Part shown: positions 49,318 to 57,888 of the stretch, piece after piece
Layout: each line of letters opens with the position of its first letter
How positions within the stretch are numbered: position 1 is the stretch's first letter
Assembly (NCBI GenBank): GCA_020536535.1
Contig: JAHLWZ010000240.1
Coordinates: 1-57,888, forward strand
DNA: 57,888 nt
Source: Pelomyxa schiedti
Lineage: Eukaryota > Protista > Evosea
Reading direction: 5' to 3'
Translations under genes and position numbers: made by a program
Notes under the pieces: model-generated
The model's input: the letters and a program-made list of their open reading frames with translations, nothing else
The model's database searches: none
What the model was told of the DNA's origin: nothing

Positions 49318-51176
49318 ATGGGTACGCGAGTTTGCCTCCTTTGAAAATAAGGGAGTCGTGTGACACGGGTGGGGCACGTAACAGATGCACTGAGCGGGGG
49401 AGCCCAGTCCGCGGCCAGTGCTGTGAAATTGGCGCAATTGGTGATATCTGCTGCTAAACAGTGGTTGGATGCCAACAAAAAAATCCCTGCCGTGTGTTTT
49501 CGGCCTTTTTTTTTCCTGCTTTTTTTTTTTTTTTGTCAGCAGGACCCTTTTATTGCTTCCAGTTCCATTTTACAATATAACATATAGTATATTTTATTCT
49601 CGAATACTTAATGTATTAAGCTTAATCGATAGGAGCTGCGGAAACTCGAGGCTATCGCCAAAGCTACAGAACGTGTAATAACACCAATTGAAGCTGATCC
49701 CAGATATCTCGCTACCTTTGAACAAATACGGGGAATCCTGGATGAAGCTGCACAATTAGTACTGGCGTATTCTCCTAACCCAACAGCAGATGCACCTACT
49801 CCTGGAAGGAAATTCATCGATCCATCTAAGGTAAAAAAAAAAAAAAAACACCTACAAGTTGTAACATACCTTTACCTTACTGTTTCAACCTATTCAGTAC
49901 CACATTAATGCCATTGGGATAGCGGGAAATTTGGAAGCCGCATGCGAAGGACTTATTGATCAACTAACGTTTCTGGTTACCAGTACAGATGCATCCCGCG
50001 GTCTACGGGCAAATACATGCAACATTATTACCGACAATGTGCGTTTTCTTTGGTCCATTTTTCCACTGAATAAAGCACAAGGCTGCAAAACAATTTTGGA
50101 TAAATCCTTGTTTTGGAAGTGCTACATTATCTGTACCTTATAACGTCTTTGTCAGCCAACTCGAGGTTCATTGCAAAGAAAAACTTACACCAGTTCACAA
50201 GGCATCACTGGGAAAAGGTTAAAGCAAAATTCCAACCCCAATGCTAATCAGATTTAGGTAAAATTCTCCGGGAACAAAGGCCAGTAACAGTATTTGAATT
50301 CCAACAAATTACCGGCCAGTATACATTCCAAGGGTTTCTCGATTTGCTGCCACTATTCAATCCTTTCATCCATCAACCCCCGGTGAATACTTTTTCCATT
50401 AAGTGAGACAGTCTTACTAAGTGTATTCATGAAGTTGTAGGATTCAAGTTGCTTCTACCTCTGTAATGGCACTTCTGTCCTGCAACCTTTCGGTATCCTC
50501 TCTTCACATTACACCTTGTAATAAATGTTAGCTTTCAGATGGAGATGAATCTCCCTCCACAGTTCTTATTACCGCTGGCAATAGCGGTTCCGCACTTAAT
50601 CTGTGGAGATGGAAGGATGGAAGACTTGTAAATGCAATGACTCGACTTGCCGTGGATCAGGATATGGTGCCTGATCACATGAACTTCCGCAAAGCGTTGG
50701 CGAGACCGCTGGATATATCTTCTCTTACCCAATGTTGGACTTTGTGTCCGGTAAGCTATTTTCATTCTCTTTCCCTTACAATCATACAGGACGGAACTCT
50801 GAGGCACGATCCTTCCAGCCAAGACTGTCTGCAAGTCATTGAGTATGGCTCCTCACAGGTAGCCACACAAAACAGTCAATCACTCGCCTCTAAAAAGATA
50901 CAGGTTTCCGTACTTGGTGAAGTATCAAACCCACCCACTGCAAATCAAATATGGCAAATCGAGCTGTTTTTAATAAGGGAAGACTCACCCCTTGTTAAGG
51001 CAATACCCAGGCCCCTTCCGGCACTCCTATCTGAGATTGCGCTATCCAGCTGTGCCTCTGATAGCAGCCAATTGGCACTCCCACTTTCCACATTGTCTGG
51101 AACAGCAACTACCACAGGTGACCCAACATCCAAAAAGCCCAAGTTTGGCCTGCACCTTCACCACAAAAACCACTAA
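49318..51176 (+). CDS. Helical-bundle + Cbl-type EF-hand-like + ricin-B-like beta-trefoil protein
   Basis: Exons splice in frame from ATG 49318; AAKQFWINPCFG...VPYNVFVSQL...VTVFEF; LWRWKDGRLVN, QCWTLCPDGTL, NQIWQI. Confidence 0.6.
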
Positions 51177-51550
51177 CAAACACACCAACCAAAAGAGTAT
51201 AATACTTAATTATTGCTTCCGCCACTGACCTCAGCTTCTCTCTGGAGAACGCAGATCTGTTATCAAAGAATTAGAATTTTAGAAACAAAGGCCTTTGTAC
51301 GGCAGGTGCAATTGGTAGTTACGTCCAAAAGTTTATAACGAAAAAAAATAGGAAATCAACAAAGCCAATAATCCCGCCGAGCAACACCGTCGGTCCCGTC
51401 GTCGGCCGCAGTTTTCGCATCCCGTTCTCCTCAGCCTCATTTTTTTTTTTNNNNNNNNNNNNNNNNNNNNNNNNNNNNNNNNNNNNNNNNNNNNNNNNNN
51501 NNNNNNNNNNNNNNNNNNNNNNNNNNNNNNNNNNNNNNNNNNNNNNNNNN

Positions 51551-52284
51551 CCTAAGAAGGCCGCCGCGGCACCAAAGAAGGAGGGTGCTGCTGCTAAGAA
51601 GCCAGCCGCGCCAAAGAAGGCCGCTGGGGAGAAGAAGCCTGCCGCACCAAAGAAGGATGGTGTGAAGAAGGCGGCAGCTGCACCAAAGAAAGCCGGTGAG
51701 AAGAAGCCCGCACCAAAGAAGGGAGAGAAGAAGGTTGCACCAAAGAAGACCGTCGAGAAGAAATCCGCAAAGGAGGGAGCCGCAAAGGCACCTGCTCCCA
51801 AGAAGAGAAAGGTTTGCCGCCACCTAAGATTATTAATCCTACCCGCTACTTCCCCATTAACACCCTTATACTTATATCATTACGCTTTTCCTTTCCTAAC
51901 CTCTGTCAAAGGTTGCCCTCTCTGTCAAGAAATGGCTGGCCCGAGCTAAGCCAATCACTTGCACATCCCTTGGTGGAAGCTGGCAAATCAGACCAACAGC
52001 TTACACTTCCGGAAACGTCGGCTACTCTTCCAAGTATTTTATTTTCCTGAAATCCAAAATACCACACTTAGTTTCCGCAAAAATGAGAATTTCTTATATT
52101 TAAGTTTAAAATAAGTTAGTATTACAAAATTAATTAGTACTAATTTAATTCTTTCCGGCACAAAACTAACTGTTTTTCTCCCTACAGCGGCTCCGTCACA
52201 ATTTCTATCCACGGAAGGAAGATGAAGGCCCAGCAACGCACCATGGTTATCATCCCAGCCAAGAGACGCGTAAAAACACTCTAA
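51551..52284 (+). CDS. 3' part of H1-like Lys/Ala-rich protein with small C-terminal beta-rich domain
   Basis: PKK/AEKK repeats, then introns 51812-51911 and 52034-52187 giving VALSVKKWLARAKPITCTSLGGSWQIRPTAYTSGNVGYSSNGSVTISIHGRKMKAQQRTMVIIPAKRRVKTL*. Confidence 0.8.
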
Positions 52285-52522
52285 ACCCCTTTGTGTTTAA
52301 TTGTTGTTCCATCTTTGTTCTTATTTGCTTGGTGTTCTTCCTGCTCAAAAACAAATCCATTTTTCGAAAAGCTCAAAACTTTCTCTATCTCTATGCAAAG
52401 TACATGGCTTTTATTTTACACATAGGTGTTGTTGTATCACCCATTTGAAAGGCTTTAAATTTAATTAAATTTAAAGAAAAAAAAGGCACCCGATTATTTT
52501 AATCGGGTCTCGGTTCAAATAA

Positions 52523-53322
<800 letters not shown>

Positions 53323-53468
53323 GGAGCTATCCCACCCAACAACCCCCCTTGTTTTAACAAAGTTTTTGGTATTAAAAAAAACCCTGTAATTATTGAACAA
53401 CAGCTGGTGTGTTATTCACTCTCAAGTTGAACCTTCCGTGAAGTTGATTTTTTTTTTACGCTGAAGTG

Positions 53469-55615
53469 ATGGACGGAGATGCTCCCAGTCGGGGTACAGT
53501 TGCAGAGATGTGCAGGGGAGTAATGTCTCCTGATTTCTCAATCGCAATGAATGCACTTGTTGAACTGAGAACACGGGTGTCGTCGGGTATCTCTTTATCA
53601 TTTATTGGACACTATTTTATGGCAGTCAGCACCACCACCGATTGACGAGGTGTTGGCAGTTCCTGGCTGTGTTGCGAGAATCATTCAGTTCCTTTCTGCG
53701 GTAACCTTTTTCTTTCCATTTGTCACTCTGCTAATCACTGAAATACAGAGTGACAACACCAATTTGCAATATGAGGCTCTGTGGGTTCTCACAAACCGTA
53801 AGTCTGACACAGACTACTAAATATATATAATATGTTTTTTCTGCTGACTGAGGGGTGAATGCTTGAGTTTGCAGTGGAACTGATACAAACCAAACACTGA
53901 AAGTTGTCGAACTTGGTGCACTGCCTCAAGTAATTTCACTTCTTTCATCTCCAAATGCCCGTGTCTGTGAGCAGGTTCCTTTCTCCTTTTTTGGCTCTCC
54001 TTTGACCTTTCTTTATGAACAGGCAATATGGGCACTTGGAAACATCGTGGGAACCAGCACGGAGTTGCGCAACGCCATTTTGGAACTTGGATATATTCCC
54101 GCTGTTGTCAATGCAATGCATACATTCCAAAACAGCGATTCTCTGTTAAAAATTGCGGTGGGTTAGGCACTCCGCTTCCTTTCTTAAAAGTCTCACTCCA
54201 CACCTGAATTTCCTTTTTTCTTTGTTCCTTATGAATCACCCCAACCAGATTTGGGCATTCTCCGTTGGATGCCGAGGGAAGCCACCACCCCCTGACAAAT
54301 ACTTCATTCCAAGTAGGTGATCTCTCAACTTACATCCACTTATCTGTGTGCAGCTCCGACATTTGATATCTTTCCAACACTTGTCGCTTTTTTGCGGAGT
54401 TCAGATCTCGACATTATTTATGACACCATCTGGTTAATGCCCCCTCTCTATCTTTTTTTTCCTGTTTTACCCACAAAAAGGTCTCTCTGTTACCTAACTG
54501 AAATCACTGACTTCTCCAAGCACATCACTGCTTCTGGGATTTGTTCGAACATAGTCATATTTCTCGACGTTTGTTTTCTTCTCTTCCTTTCTCTTTGAAA
54601 ATGATCCAAAAATCAGCTTGTCTATCCCAAGGTACACCCCGTAGCACTGCGCACATTGGGAAACATTGTCCTAGGGAGGTTTCAACAACTTCACAGTTTA
54701 CTACTTGCTAATCACAAACAAAAGTGACACTGAAACTCAGGTTGCTGGAAATTATTGAATATTGATCCAATGCTTTATCCTGCAGGTCGTGGTTGATGCA
54801 GGAGTCTTGCCAAAATTGCTGCCCTTGTTGTCTTCTCATTATTCACTTTACTCTAATTTTGCAACAGATTGAACAGCCCCGATAAACCTACGCGGAGGGA
54901 GGCATGTTGGCTTGTATGCTCCCGAAATTTTCTGTTTTATTGGAAAACTTACCCTTGATAAGCTCTCTAACATTGCCGCGGGAACGAGGTACGCATTCTC
55001 TAAGCATCGGAAACCATTATTTGATTCACATTTCTTCCAGCGGACAAATCTGTAGCATAGCAGCGGAGCCTGGACTCTTTGAGCAGGTTATTGCACTCAC
55101 GAGTAGCAGCGAAAGCCTGGATATCAGAAAGGAAGCTGCGTGGGTTGTGTGCAACGCAGTGAGTGGTGGATCGACAGAACTTATCAAGTAGTATCCCATC
55201 CTATTTTCTGAAGTTAACAAGGGGTCTAATAGACGACTGTTTAATCGCGGTGCTCTGCGCGAAATTGTTGAACTTCTTGATACTCTTGACTGCACAGATA
55301 AGGATCTGGGTTTGCTAGCCACTGCTCTCAGAGTTACTCCCCGTTTCCAATATAGAATCCCAATATCACTTCAAAGTTCTGACTCCTTTAAAGCTCCTCG
55401 AGACCGCAACAAGTATCGATGCCAGAGAAGCCTCTGACGTGTTCACACTGAGACTTATTAACGACGGGGTCATAGCTAAACTGAGGAGGATACAGCGAGA
55501 TACCAAAAACAAATCCTTGGCTGGACTGGCAAGCAAGCTTCTACTACTCCTTGACAAGGATAAGGACATCGAGAAGAGCACAGGACCCAGTGGTGATTCA
55601 ATGGACATTGAGTGA
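53469..55615 (+). CDS. Importin-alpha-like ARM-repeat protein without IBB domain
   Basis: PPPIDEV; LQYEALWVLTN; EQAIWALGNIVG; ALRTLGNIV; EACWLLSNIAAG; IRKEAAWVVCN. Confidence 0.88.
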
Positions 55616-55715
55616 GTTAGTTATTGTGCATTTCTGCGTGTTAAACCAAGGTGATCTGCGAATAATCTATAGATTGATTTACAGGAAATCACACTGTGCA
55701 ATCTAAGTAGCAGCG

Positions 55716-56999
55716 ATGAGCGAAGGGAGGCGAGGGGTGCCGGAAGTGCGTCAGCGGGAGCAAGCAGATCTGCTTGGGGGCATTATTCAGTCGATGTCAC
55801 GCGTACCACAGGCAACGCCGCCATGTCCGAGGGCGTGCCAACCGGCTGTGTCCCGCGAGGTAGATCCGGATGCGTCGTGTTACGGTGGGTAGATCACGGT
55901 AAATCCTTCCCTCCCTCCCTATGCGAGGTTCACAATTTGGATCGACGCGTCGCGTACTGACTGATGTGTGTTTAAATCAGACCCGGAGGTTAAGGCACGA
56001 ATCGAGTTTAAGCAATACGTAGAAACGTCTATCAAGAAATTCCTGGACTCTTCGGAAGACCATTTTGGTTTTGTACAAAAACCAATTTAATTTAATTGTC
56101 ACAAGTTTGCAGAATTCGAACCGGTTGAGGACAGAATGTACCGGCTTATAATGTAGAAGCGGCTTTTTTTTTTCATTTTTGGCATCAATCATTCTCACTA
56201 GTCACCAAGCAGCTGACGAGAATGACTGTGTAAGTCACTCCTTTGGGCTGGATCCAAATAGAGTTACCATAGTGTGGAGAGCTACCCACCCTCCAGATGA
56301 CCAAACTCTCCAACAATTGCAACAGGTATTCCTTTTTTTTTATCCGCGAGTGAAGCCAATACACTTTAGAAGTACAACCCCGAAAGTACTTCTGCACAGA
56401 CCCAGTGCCTGCAGGTATCTGTATGCCTTTTCACGTACACTGTATTTATTTCTCTAAAGGGAAATGACAGAGTTTCTAGTACCACTGCTAGTAGCACTTG
56501 CCCGTCGAATCAAGTGTCTGTCATTCCCGATCCTCCCAAACGGAGAAGAAAGGAAGTACCTCCACAACAACTGGAACTTCTTAGCTTGAACCAAAGAAAA
56601 AGAGAAACACTCACCATCGAAGACATACAAGAAAAACGAAAGCGGTCCCGCACCGATTCCTCTATGTTGACACAACGCCTGGCTGCGGCCAAAACCGTAT
56701 CTCCACCTTCATCCCCACCACGCATTCCACCACGCACCGTGCAATTAATTAGCGCCACCCAAAGCAGCAGTAAGACCTCCAAATTAATCCCGCCGCTATC
56801 ATCCACTCCAAAGCGCTCCGCACCCTGTACTCCAACACAAGCACCCCCGCCAAAGAACAAAACCTCACCACCCACACCTACTACAACAACAACCACCAAC
56901 ACTTCCCAACAAAGCACATGCACCGGCAACACTCAACAACAAGGATCAAACACTACAACAACACACCCACAAACAGCCACTGATAACAAATCAAATTAA
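55716..56999 (+). CDS. SPAG7: SPAG7-like R3H domain protein
   Basis: ADLLGGIIQSM; EFKQYVETSIKKFL...FEP...RLII|HQAA...SHSFG...PPDD; KRETLTIEDIQ. Confidence 0.75.
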
Positions 57000-57112
57000 A
57001 TAAATACTACAANNNNNNNNNNNNNNNNNNNNNNNNNNNNNNNNNNNNNNNNNNNNNNNNNNNNNNNNNNNNNNNNNNNNNNNNNNNNNNNNNNNNNNNN
57101 NNNNNNNNNNNN

Positions 57113-57888
57113 ATTCACTCTTCCCTCTGCATTCTAACTGTACCACAGTCAACTCCTCCGCCAGCGTCGAGACCAGCTTCGGCGAGAACGTGGCCATATA
57201 CTACACCCTGCTCTGTGCCCTATGCGTAACCTCTGTAGTTACCATGTCACTTGCCTTTGCATGGTTCACCTCGCGGCGTAAGCCCAGCGCCACAAGCGGC
57301 AAGCTGAGAGTGCTGGGCATGTCAGCGGTTATCTTTGGGGTGTTTGACCTGCTGTTCCTATCTCTCCTTCTCGCGGTGCTCTTTGCTGGACAGTGAACCA
57401 ATGAAACACATCCTCCTCCTATGCCGCACTGAGAGACGCCGTGGGGGTGTATCATTGTTAAGTGAATTTTTCCCTTTCTATTTATTGTAAAAAGCAATAA
57501 AAGGTGTTGTCAGAAGAAAATGTATTGTTTCTTGGGTTTGTTTCAATTACAAAAAAGTTGTTATTGGTTGCATTGTTTAATCCTCAATGTCATCTTGAAG
57601 TTTAAGTCCTCTCACCACGGAGCCTCCTGGCAAGCTGTAAGTCCTTTGGAAGGACTGTAGTCCTCCTGGCATCTGGCCCGAGTTAGGGTGTATTGTGGGG
57701 TGAAAACAGACTTACGGATTGCACAGAGGTTAGAATCTTCAAAGAGTCCTATGAATAAAAGGTAAGGTTTTGCGCTATTCAATGGGGAGGGCCTACCAAC
57801 AACGTAAGTTTCAGCAGCTTCCTGAAGAGCATTTACAGCCGCGGACTGGAACCGAAGATCACATTTGAAGTCTATCAGAGAGGGGAAT
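57113..57888. repeat. Alternative haplotype copy of 24875-25649 (Spt23/Mga2-like 3' exon + H3 variant 3' half)
   Basis: Near-identical with about 10 SNPs/indels; first difference at 57234 vs 24996, exactly 121 bp from the start. Confidence 0.9.

Noticed and set aside
14868-52284. Functional chromatin/replication cluster (MORC, H3 variant, Cdc6-like, RPA-like, H1-like)
   Set aside because: Genes are interspersed with unrelated housekeeping genes over 37 kb, with no evidence beyond chance

Overview
Gene-dense, intron-rich eukaryotic scaffold with about 27 protein-coding genes, short spliceosomal introns (mostly 35-100 nt), intergenic gaps often under 200 nt and four 100-N gaps. Gene content (cAMP-receptor-like GPCR, ZAK1/Pyk3-type TKL kinase, ROPN1L/RSP11, expanded ankyrin-like family) suggests a flagellated amoebozoan such as an archamoeba; this is inference only. 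Genes recognised by manual splicing: 14-3-3, MORC-CW, Spt23/Mga2-like transcription factor, H3 variant, TTC4/Cns1, two TKL kinases, Cdc6/Orc1-like, UFC1, TMEM184, NUFIP1, truncated RPA1-like, Rap, importin-alpha-like, SPAG7 and F-BAR-HR1-SH3. Most notable: an H3 variant with K23T/K27V/S28M; a fungal-type Spt23/Mga2 sensor with a probable 3-TM anchor; a four-helix-bundle + Cbl-type EF-hand + ricin-lectin protein; an H1-like protein with a non-winged-helix globular domain; and a kinase fused to a RhoGAP lacking the arginine finger. The duplicated blocks (1-555, 22192-22312, 57113-57888) show 121-bp overlap signatures and are best read as assembly-graph or haplotype artefacts. No tRNA, rRNA, CRISPR or transposase was recognised. 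All family assignments are by eye, with no database search.
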